A DNA stretch of 64,000 nt, taken from the NCBI RefSeq assembly GCF_052425735.1, contig NC_135771.1, forward strand, positions 24,986,001-25,050,000, given 5' to 3'. This DNA comes from Oculina patagonica. Taxonomy: Eukaryota. Below are positions 53,574 to 64,000 of the stretch, one piece after another (within the stretch, counting starts at the first letter, position 1; every line of letters begins with the position of its first letter). The notes beneath the pieces are model-generated. The model had not been told where the DNA came from and did not search any database. It worked only from the letters and a program-made list of their open reading frames with translations. Both the position numbers and the translations under genes were made by a program.

Positions 53574-56500
53574 TATCAATAATATGCATCTCATACCTTC
53601 TTCCGACAATACTCAAACCAAGTCCTTGGCCGGGAACCTTGTTTAAATCTAAGGTGAGGTATTCAAAGGCTTCTGAAAAGGAAACATAAATCTGCGATTA
53701 GAGAAAGGGTTGGCGTGACTTTTAACGCTATGAACTACTCAGCCTTTCAACATAAAAAATTATGGGATTCTTAAACTGCATAGAAGAACATGAAACAATC
53801 GGACATCGGGTAAGCAGACAGTCTTCGGACCTCGTCTAGATGTCTGCTATCGAGAGGTGTCCGTTAGCGCAGGCTCGACCGTACAAAGCTATACCACTTA
53901 GAAAAATTGGAAATACCTTCATCTTTAAACTGAGACTCGTCTCTGAGAACAACCAGTCGAACAACAGCAGGCGTTTGTCTTAGAGCTGTGATGGCCATAT
54001 CGTGTGTCGCTTCTCGCAGATCGACATAATTCACCTACAAATACAATAACAGCAGCTTCAGTAAAAGCCCCAGTAAAGTGTCACTCAAGACCTTTTTTGA
54101 TGAGTGTTGCTAATGTGGCGTTTGTCTACTGCGCAAATGTGTATGGAGTATAGGAGTCTAGCAACTTCCTTGGTCAGTAAAATTTCTTTACTTCACGAGA
54201 GTGGATTGACATTTTCACGAGAGATTTCACCATTGTGATTCGAAATGCGACCACTAAAACTCAATGTTGTCCCGATCTCCTTTAAAAAAGCCAAAGATTT
54301 CGAGGTGTAACACGCTGCATTGAACAAGTGTACTACACTTCGTGTGAAGCAATGATCGAAGACCTCAGACTGCCCTCAGCATGACCCCAACAATGAGCAC
54401 ACCCCTAAAACCACAGTACAAGATAACGCAAACTTACTTCTAAAATTTGATCGCCAGCCCAAAGCCTGCCATCTTTGGCCGCTGCGCCGTCTTCATACAC
54501 TTCATGGATGACTATGGCGCCCTAAAAAAATGAGCAAGAATCAACTGATGAATTCTTCTTACTAATATCCATACATTTCTTAAAAAGTTAGTGCTGAGAA
54601 TTAAAGGCTACATCAATACTTGTATCAAGTGCGGCTTACCAACAACGTATCTGCACCGCCGACTATACTCAGCCCCAGGCCTGTGTTTCCTTTAGGAATC
54701 TCTATCACACATTCTGAGCCGGGAATTATCGGTGTGGTGCGGGGATTTGGAGGCGGGGTTAGTGTCGGTGAAACAGCTGCGCAAAAACAACAAAAACAAA
54801 AAACAATTGAGCGACAATCGAAAATTCTTAAAATCCACAAAAAGAATAGTCTACTTTGAATTTTGCAGGCTGCTTTGAAACAATCGGTGGAAAAAGTGGA
54901 GTTATGAACTTACGTGCTGCCTCACGAGGAGACTGCTGGACGATTTGAACTACTGGCTCAAAAGCCTGGGGTTGTACAGGTTCTCTTCTAGACGCCAAAG
55001 GACTTCCTGTCGGCGCACTTCCGGTTGGGATATCTGCGGTCAGCGCGCTTCCGGTTGGTACACTCTCAAAGAGTTTTTTAGTCATTTTAGGACTCTCTGC
55101 TTTCCTCGGACTTCCGGGTTTTTTCGCATCTGATGTGGATTCCCTGACTGGTTTCTTAGCAACAGGAGGTCCTTTCTTGTGAAAACGGGGACTTCCGGTC
55201 TCCCTCCTCGGAGATACACTGGCGGAAGCTGGTGGACTTCCGGGAAGTACTTGTTTCCTAGCAACCACAAGCGACACCTTTCCCTTGGTTCTCTTCAATA
55301 TGGCAACGGCCTGCAACAAAAATGTCGAGAGAATTTAGCGTGAACAGTAAACATACATTACGCGCGCACGCACGCACGCACGCACATGCACGCACATGCA
55401 CGCACGCACCATCCACCCACCCGCGCACACTCGATACTGGTTCATTTACAACATTAATGAACGCCCTAGAAGGTCAGTGAATTTTTTCACCAATGCTTTT
55501 CCAGTGAAACAATAAAGCTTCAAACCTGTCCACATCTTTGATGCTGTCTTCACATCTCTAATTCTGCCGGCTCATTTTCCTACTCCAATCTCACAGTGCA
55601 TTTACAAGATGACTCACACAAGGCTAGAAGACGGTGAAAACTGGCACTATATGTACAGCACATTTTGATCAACTTTAAAAAACAGTATGGTGCGGCCGGT
55701 AGTATCACTTAAGTTATGGGTTCGAATGCCGCTCAAATGTCAGCTTTTTCCTGGACTTTGTTACGGCACAAGTTGCTTTATTACTCTAAGTATCACTTAC
55801 AAACGCTGTTTTAAATTGTTTACCTCAGCATGAGTGAGTCCTACTATGGGCTGATTGTCCACTGCGATCAGCTGATCTCCTTTCCTCAATCGGCCGTCCT
55901 AAAGAAAAGCAAAAGAAACAGTTAACATCCGACCAACAAACACCTTTTCCGCGCCGAATTTCTACTTGGAGAATTGCATGAGCCCGCGGTTTTTAGCAGC
56001 GCCAAGCAATATGACGTCTTACCTAATAGCGACAAAACAGCGGTCAAACACACAACACGCGCGCAGTTTTCCCCAAAGCTATTAGTCCCCCATTTGTTCG
56101 CTATAATTCAATAATTATAGAAATTGATATACCTTTTGAGCAGGGCCTCCCTCAGTGATGTCCTTCACATAAATGCCTGTCTGACCCTCACCAAATCCTG
56201 GACCCTCTACCACAGCAAATCCAAGGCCAGTCGGGCTCTGTTAAAGGAAATTGAAAATCTTGATGTTGACCAAAACGAATCCCATAAGGCTATCCTACGC
56301 CCCACTATACCAGTAGACCTTTGTACACAAATCCAATTTTTGCTCGCACAACAGTCAGAAGATTGCACGTAAAATTGTTGTTCACAATTCATACTTGAAT
56401 GTTGCTTGTAAACAAGGCCTCTTCCTAGACAAAAATGACCTCAAACGAGTGAGTTTTATGTTATAAAATAATAACATTTTACATGAAAATTCTTCGTTTA

Positions 56501-59500
56501 CATACCTTGACAAAGTCAATGAACTCCACTTTCTGACCTCCTGAAAGTTCTTTCAAAAGCGTCGGTGAAACAGTGATACCCTCTGCAACCGGCGGAGGAC
56601 TGGAGCTAGGGCTAGGACCTGACCGTCGGGGACTTCCGGCCTCTCTTCGTCGAGCCGACGGCGAGGTCTCGCCGGTGCGAACATTAAGTGGTTTCAGTTC
56701 CGGTTCGGACCACTGTTGGCCCCTGGGAGATTCCTGAGCCGGTGGTGTCCTGGCTCGACTCAAGAAATCAGCGGCTTCTTGTGAACGGCCTAACACGAGG
56801 TGAACCTCTGGCGGAGTGTTCTTTGAGATCAAAAGAAAGCAAAATTGTCACACATCAAATGAATACCATGCTTGAAACGTTTTCATATGGACAAAAATGG
56901 CGCTGGTAAAGTACTGGTTGACGCTTACCTTCAGGATCGCGGAGGCCTCGTAATGAGTTAATCCCCGGATGGACACTTCATTAACCTCCAAGATCTCATC
57001 AGCTTGTTGGATTTTTCCATTCCTCTCCGCTGGCCCGCCTGGCTTGACGTCCACCACGAAAATGCGGTTTGCCGCTGCACCTTTGCCGCCCGCGATACTC
57101 AGACCTTGTTAAGAATGACAAGATAAACAGGTTATAAAAACAGGATTGTTACTGGCGAAAGCGGGCCATGAAGGGACTCCAATTAATAACAATTACCCTG
57201 TTTATTAAGTGCTGAAAAACTTGTACTTCCCACAGGAGCTTATTTACAAGAGCTTATTTAGTGTCTGATAATCAAGGTGAATTTTTTTAACTTACCTAAT
57301 CCCGTGCCTCCTTTCATGAGATCCGCAAAAATAAAATCGCCTGTAACATCTGGATATTTTATCTTCATTTGCCCTGGTATAAATATAGCATTTGAAAATG
57401 TTGGTTAGCAAAATACAGCAAGCGAAATATTCTTTTAGTAGCCCTTAAGATCCAACTTTTAATTCACCAATTACATTTTTGGGATCAGATGTCCACTGCA
57501 AGCAGAAACACGTACCACGCGTCCGGTGACACGTGATCTACATTTTAACGTAAAAAAAATGCCACAAGGGATAATTGTTAAATATACCGGCACGAGATAC
57601 ACGTGGAGCGCGCGTGGAGGGAGTACGCGCATTTTCCTCGGGTGCAACCCTCGCGCGTGCCTCCTGGAACTTACTCATGCGCCTGCTATGTAACCTAAAA
57701 CAAACTTACGTTTTCTGTCCTCTTCACTCTTTACAATGGTAAAACGAGACGGCAGGTTCAACAGTTTGCTTTCAATCTCCGCCTTCACACCCTCAGCCTT
57801 GGCAGCAGTGGCGATTGGTTCCTCGATCTCATCAGCTGTCAGGTTTTTGGCGGGAATTGGAATGTCCTTCCTGAGCGACTCGTCTGATGGCAAAGTAGCA
57901 GCCTCGGTCGAGGGCCTGGCACTGGTAACTGTTACACTGCTGGGCTCCACCTTAAAAAAAAGTGACATGGGAGTTTGCTGTGATTGAGATATTCTTTAGA
58001 ACAGAAACACAACCCCCGGATTACATATTTTCATAGGAAAGGTGGGGGGGGGGCTGTCCGCAAGAGAAAAAGTCAACATCATCGATTTACCCCTAACATC
58101 CCGGTATTACCCCCGTCCCTTCCCCCCTGCTAATAAGGCCCAATGGTTATGGGCCCATCTGTCTACCAACTGTAACCCTCACTTTTAAGCGGCTTTTAAG
58201 CTGGATATACTGCCTCCTCTGATATAAGCTCCTCAAGTTATAAGCCTACCCAAATCCCTTTACTAGGTTATATAAGCCAAAGGAACTCCTTTACAAGCTG
58301 AAATACGATTATATCCTTGCTTTATCTTGGGATATCAACAAACTGCACCACCGTTTTATACAGTGATCTAACTGCTTTTTGTTGATTGTGGGGTTTGCAT
58401 ATCTTGGTGGAACAAGTTAAAGTTTAGTTGACAACAGACGCGACGAACAAAATTAAAATAACATCTAGAACTAAAACAAAATAAGGCTGAATCATGTAAG
58501 ATCTTTAAACCTAGTAAAAGTTCAAATATTTTGGCGTTATCGATTTAAATAAGCTTAAGTATATTACTTAAATCGCCTTTTTTTTTTTACTAAGATAATT
58601 CTCCATTTTAAATCGCTCAGAAGTGAAAGGAAAACAAGTCAAAAGAACTGCGCGCAGTAGTTTTATAAAAATCTTTAGCCACCTAAATATCTTACAAAAC
58701 GAATACAGTTATAAAGGTCGACTAAATACCCAAAACATGACCTCTTACAATTTGCATTGAAAGTTTTAACTTAAAAGAAAGTTTCCTAAATTAAATTCAA
58801 ACACAAATAGACCCTGAAGCAAAGAAATACAAGCACGCTTCGTACGAAATAAGTATTGGTTTTAGTTGTTACCTCAGAGATGTAACTTCTGGACAGTTTC
58901 AAACCTTTCGATTTGCCAAAACCAAACGGCATTTTGAAACGACGGAAAAATCGGCTTATCTTTGCAACTTGCCGAGCACAGTTTGTAAGTTCCTGTGAAA
59001 ACCTTTGTTACAATATTTCACAGGAGCGTCGCGTTATCTTCTGATCATTCAGTAGCCGAGATGTTATTATCGCCACCAAATAACAGTTGTTTCCAATCTG
59101 GAGCTTTCTCTTCCATCGAAACATCGAAAAGAAATGACAAATCTAATATAACCTTTTGCTAGAACGTGATCTTGTACGATTAATCCATATCATTCAAAGA
59201 CACCGAAATTAAATACTTCTCGGAAATAAAGATTATCTGTTGAGCAGTTGTCAACTTTATCTCGCGTTTCCTTTTTATTTTAATGTCTAACGCGCAAAAA
59301 AAATAATATTGATAAATTTTAACAAAAACCTTTTTGTTTTATTACAAGTAATTGACAATTAAATGTGGAATTCTCCAATTAGAAAATGGAATCTCAATTA
59401 ATTAATAAAGGGTAATTAATTATGAATGTGTTTAGGCTAAGCCATTACAAACTATTGAAGAAGAGGCTGTTTCCGCTGGCCAAAATTATCGGCTAAAAGG

Positions 59501-62291
59501 GCAAACTTAAACTTTCTCACGATTTTACGCATTGCGTAGCTTTTATATAGTTATGGTAATATTTACTAAATAAGGCCTGCCAGATGGCTAGTTTTGAAGA
59601 AAACACCAATTTTAGCAATTACATAATTCTGCATGTATACTCCTTTCCGGTCTCGCACACGGAAGTTTGGAAAAACCAATTGTTTTTTTTTTTTAATTAT
59701 TCTTGCATTCACTTTAGACAATTTCCTATTCTCAAACATTGCACTATAGCACGAAATATCACAGATCGCCTGCCGCAAAATCCCTCTTATAAGCCCTCCA
59801 AATTAAAAGCTGTAAGATGACCCCCACCACACAGAAATGAAAGCCAATTTCTATTTTGATCCCAAGTAGTATTGCAATGCAGCTTTTTGTTTTGTTTGTG
59901 TTTTCTTTTTTCATGTTGCTACATTTTTATAACATGCATTCTGCTGGGAACTTACGTTGTTGTTGAGCGTGACTTCAGGCATGCGCGGTGGTTTGGGGGG
60001 AGCCACTGTCCTGACCACAAACCGCACAGGATTCTTAGCGCGTTTTATGATCTCAACTGCCTCGTCATGTGACGCGTCACGCAGATCGTGTCCATCAACC
60101 TAACAGGGGTAGATAGGGTAGGTTAAAGGGACTATGTCACGGATTTTAACAGATTTTTGAACAACCAAAATTTTTATTTATGTCGTGGGAAACTTAAAAA
60201 TAATGGTCCATTTTGATTAATAATTGCTATTTTAGAGCACTTAAACTGTTCGGAAGCGCGTCTGGCTGCGGATGACTCGGATGAAAATAGATTGCAATTT
60301 TGAAAACGTTAGCCAACGTTTTCAAGTTGTTTCCGCGCGCCTTTAAAAAGATCGATATCTATAGCCGAAGTCGAAGTTTGATTTTTATCCACAAATAAAG
60401 GTTTTATAAAGTCCCCTACCACTGGTTGTGCCTGTTTTGCGGATATTTAAGTGGTAAATAATTTACGTTCGTTTGAACGAAGAAAATAAAAAAGAAATTA
60501 TTATAGAACAGTTTAGACCAAAACTCTGCGAAATCCAGGTGACATAGTCTCTTTAAGGATGTATTTTTTTTTGGTTCAGCACAAAAATTTAATCGACATA
60601 ATTAGCGGTCAGTGAAGCCAATACCAAAAGCCTCACCTCCAAAATCTGGTCACCAGTCACCAACGTTCCTAAACGCGCAGCAGGACTGGACTCAAGTACG
60701 TGCCTGATAAAGATCCCTTTAAGGCCCAGGCCCTGAGGGCCAACTTTACCACCAATGATGCTAATACCCAGGCCACTGTCAGGTTCACGGTTGAGTTCCA
60801 CCACACGAACCCCAGGTTCATCGTAGATTGGCGGTCTAGCCGGTTGAAGCAAGTCTGGCAGGTTTTCTATTCCCTCAGGAATGCTGTACTCCTCAGTTTC
60901 CTCCCTGGTGGATCAAAAGAATCAACTGAACATTAGGCGTGGTATTAGGGCCATAAATTAAACGAAACCTCAAAATGGCGATTCGAAAAAGAAGAAAAAT
61001 ACAAAGGAACTACAAGAAAGTTTTACAGATGGACGGATGGGCAAAACTGAAAAAGATTTAAACGGATTGCAAAAACTCATAACCTTCTCTGATCGTCTCT
61101 CTGATCTCGTTCAGCCTCATTCTCGAGGGACTGGGACGACGAGTGAACTGATGACGTAGAGCTGTCTTCAAGGAAGGACGAGGGGGACTGTTGAATAGCC
61201 CGTGCTGGCGTCATCTCGCTACGGATGAATGTAAATCTAAAAAGAAATGAGACGAGACGATTTTAAAAAATTGATCATTCAGGGTAACAGAAATTTAACT
61301 GACTTACGTTTAGACAATTTAAAGTAAGAAATACTTACACAATGTCCTTCAGCAAAGATTGTTTTCTGAGCACAGACCTGAAAGAAATTAACAGGAGTCA
61401 TGTCAACAATGTTGTTTCCTTGGAAACGTCAGCAACTTGACGTCAAGTCCTTATGACATCACACTAAGGTAACAGCTTTCATGGTAGTGATATGTTTACC
61501 TGGCTCTGTGACCTGATAATCCAATCATACTTTCATCATTTACAGCAACAATGTGATCACCAACTCCTATTCTTCCATCCAATCCAACAGCACCGCCCTT
61601 GAGCACCGACTTCACAACACAACCACAACCGTTTTCATCTCCCTTCAAAGTCAGACCTAGAACGACACGAAAAAAAAAGCGATAAAAATAAATATTTTTA
61701 TTTTTCTGTTCCTCGCACGTCATTTACTAAAAAGCGCACCGGGACTTCCCGCTATAGCGGAATGGATGCAGGAGTAGAAGCTTTTAGTTTGACATGCCTT
61801 TGTTAGCTTTCCCGTGATTGTTAACCAATCAAAAACCAAATTAGTCAGGAAGTAGTCACGTGCCGATAGAGTGCTCGTGCAGTTCATGGATTTTTGATTG
61901 GCTAAGAAATCTGGAAAGCCAACAGAAAGTCTAATCTCGTACCCAGATATTTACGCACTTCGAGGGTTCAGAAGATCTGGGTATGAGATTACAGAAAGTC
62001 GTCAAAAAAAAAAAAACAATGGAGTTTAATGTTTGAAACAATTCACAGTTTAGACATGTAAATAACAGTAAGTTAGCTAACCCAGTTTCCCAACCATCTG
62101 TCTCCGAATAGTTATAGTCTCCATTCGTGATTTAATATTTTCAGGTAAACTGTCGATATCAACGGAGTCCCCCGAGAACAACAGCGGCGGACCAAAGTCA
62201 AACTTGGAAGACTGTTCACTTCCGCTGTCACTGGATTCATTGTCGCTCTCTTTTTCAACTTCAATGTCACCCATCAGGGCGGCTTGTTTGT
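51466..62291 (-). CDS. MPDZ: Multiple-PDZ scaffold MPDZ/PATJ family, 5'-partial (continues right of window); 7 PDZ domains visible
   Basis: Exons 62082-62291, 61500-61656, 61339-61377, 61084-61236, 60637-60904, 59956-60099, (candidate 58873-58992), 57710-57950, 57296-57373, 56929-57104, 56506-56820, 56133-56237, 55824-55898, 54914-55310, 54640-54776, 54438-54521, 53917-54034, 53597-53672, 53277-53307, 52773-52889, 52502-52649, 51945-52077, 51466-51736, all phase-consistent. Diagnostic: [87 protein letters not shown]. Confidence 0.93.
60127..60552. mobile_element. Kolobok-type MITE, TTAA TSD
   Basis: TTAA|AGGGACTATGTCAC..GTGACATAGTCTCT|TTAA. Confidence 0.8.
61932..61991. mobile_element. 60-bp element, 17-bp TIR, 9-bp TSD
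   Basis: TAATCTCGTACCCAGAT / ATCTGGGTATGAGATTA; CAGAAAGTC at 61923-61931 and 61992-62000. Confidence 0.85.
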
Positions 62292-62429
62292 CTGAAAAAA
62301 AAAACGTTAGAAAAGAAATATTTTAGCAAACAAATCACAAGCACGAACGTCATCATACCAAGAGCATTATGTACAGTTTAGGTCTGTAGATAAAAAGCCC
62401 TACGCGAGCATTCAAATAAAGCTAGGCCA

Positions 62430-63960
62430 TAGAGAAGTACTTTCATATGGTGTTGTTTATTATGCTGTACAAGGTGGTTTAAACTTTTAAGTCTGTGAAT
62501 GAAACCCTAGTGTGTGACCATTCAAATGAAAGTTACTGAGCTACTATTCACGTGGTACTGTTTATTATCCCATGCCTAGAGGAATACAGCCAATCAGGAG
62601 CCTAGAAACCTGATTCCACGAGAAAAATTCCCGGCGTTCATCACGGTCGCCAAGTTTTCCCGCCAAAAAGCCTAGCTGGCAGCCCGCGGCAGCCCGCGCC
62701 ATTCTTTCGTTCAGCTCAGTTTAGATTTTGCGAGAAAATGTTCAAACATGATGAATGAAAAACCAAATTATTCTCTCGAACTTGACATTCACTCGTTCAA
62801 ATTTTCGGAAAAACCTGTTAATAGAGACGGAAAACTTTATGCAGCCTTCGAGGAATTTGCCAAACAGCGGCCAAAAACCCAGGAACGGTGGAGAAACAAC
62901 TTTAAATTGCAAGACTGCACGTTGATGCAAAACAAATATTCTGAAACAAAGTTTCCGAAGACCTACCATCACCAGAACAACGACAGGACCACTTATTTAT
63001 GCCGTACTCTGTTGGCTATTCAAAGGCAGATGGAGGAATCTAAACTGGATACGGTAATATTACATGTTTTGCAATTTTCACAATCTATTTATCACTCGAA
63101 GTTGTAACTTTTTGTACGTTGTCCGAATTTGTCTAGTAAGCCTAAAAGTTATTTAACTTTAAAATATGCGTATGTTAGAAGCATGGGATAAAATAGTTAT
63201 GCAATGTTTTCTCGTGGATACCGTAATATCCCACTCTTGACTTGATATTTCTTTGTACAGTCAAATCTATCTAAGACGGACGGCTTTGGGACCGGCCCAA
63301 CGTCCGTCTTAGAGAGGTGTAGATAGATAGTTTATTTGATATTTCTACATAACAGTCTGAAACTAAATAGCGTAAAAATTTAAAGAGATAAATATGTAAA
63401 ACAGAAGAAAAACTACATATGGTAAACTATTAAAATCATATAACTATATTAAAAATTTGCCATAGAGGGAAAAAAGCTATGTTTAAAGGAGATTTGAGCC
63501 ATATGCTGAAAATGAATTGACTTCTTACTTATACGTATTTACATTTCCCTGTGGAAGATTATTTATTTATTGCTACTATCGAGCATGATCTTATTGAAGA
63601 GTTTCCTGCACAGTATAGAACGTCGTTCATTTTGGGAGCTTAGATTACAACATGATAGGTGTCCGTCTTGTAGGGAGTTTAGTTACAGTAAAATGACTGA
63701 AAAACGACAGGGACGAGACCAACACCAAGTGTCCGTCTTAAAGAGGTGTCCGTTAAGAGAGAGTTTACTGTACACCAAAATATCAAGTTAAGTCACTTGT
63801 AGGATATTTCACGGTATGACACTCGAAACAATAATGCATACCCCAGAATGTATGCTGTACAAGGTGGTTCTACATGTAACTTTTACGTCTGTGGACTCTG
63901 GGGATGAAACTCTAGTATGTAACTATTCAAATGAAAGCTGCTTTCATGCCGTACTGTTTT
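62430..63960. mobile_element. Nested repeat cluster: ~105-bp repeat units > TATCCCATGC-ended element (62566-~63840) > Tigger MITE (63258-63770) > LINE 3' fragment (63321-63656, minus)
   Basis: The TATGCTGTACAAGGTGGTT..CATTCAAATGAAAG unit resumes at 63851; TA-flanked CAGT..ACTG; AGGTGT on both sides of the LINE piece. Confidence 0.65.
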
Positions 63961-64000
63961 TTGTTTTTGTTTTAGTACTTTGCAATTTCAACTTTGAAAC

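Noticed and set aside
53302-53689. Poly-Lys and poly-Phe ORFs
   Set aside because: Homopolymer tracts within an MPDZ intron.

Overview
Eukaryotic, intron-rich animal DNA; the repeat content suggests a stony coral or related cnidarian (inference only). I reconstructed six protein-coding genes by hand, exon by exon, checking GT-AG sites and reading phase: (1) an intronless secreted laccase-type multicopper oxidase (minus, ATG 1747, runs off the left edge); (2) kinesin-13 KIF2A-like (minus, 28 exons, ~703 aa); (3) VCPKMT/METTL21D (minus, 5 exons, 218 aa); (4) PRKCSH, glucosidase II beta (minus, 19 exons, ~555 aa); (5) DNAJC14-like (plus, 14 exons, head-to-head with PRKCSH, with an N-terminal TPR-like repeat and a 1-nt frameshift in its 1.7-kb exon); (6) the 3' part of MPDZ/PATJ (minus, 7 PDZ domains in the window, continuing past the right edge). 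Introns are packed with often-nested MITEs, SINEs and LINE 3' ends. Most notable: a Tc1/mariner-type element carrying a decayed Pax-like Paired domain; a candidate 120-nt basic-hydrophobic cassette or alternative-start exon in MPDZ; apparent absence of a PDZ12 equivalent; a family of short TA(G/A)-ended elements with 9-bp target duplications; a decayed intragenic copy of PRKCSH exon 4; and the DNAJC14 frameshift. I found no prokaryotic-type system, CRISPR array, rRNA or functional tRNA, and nothing I can honestly call a wholly new multi-gene system. Some stretches show inflated homopolymers suggesting local assembly error.
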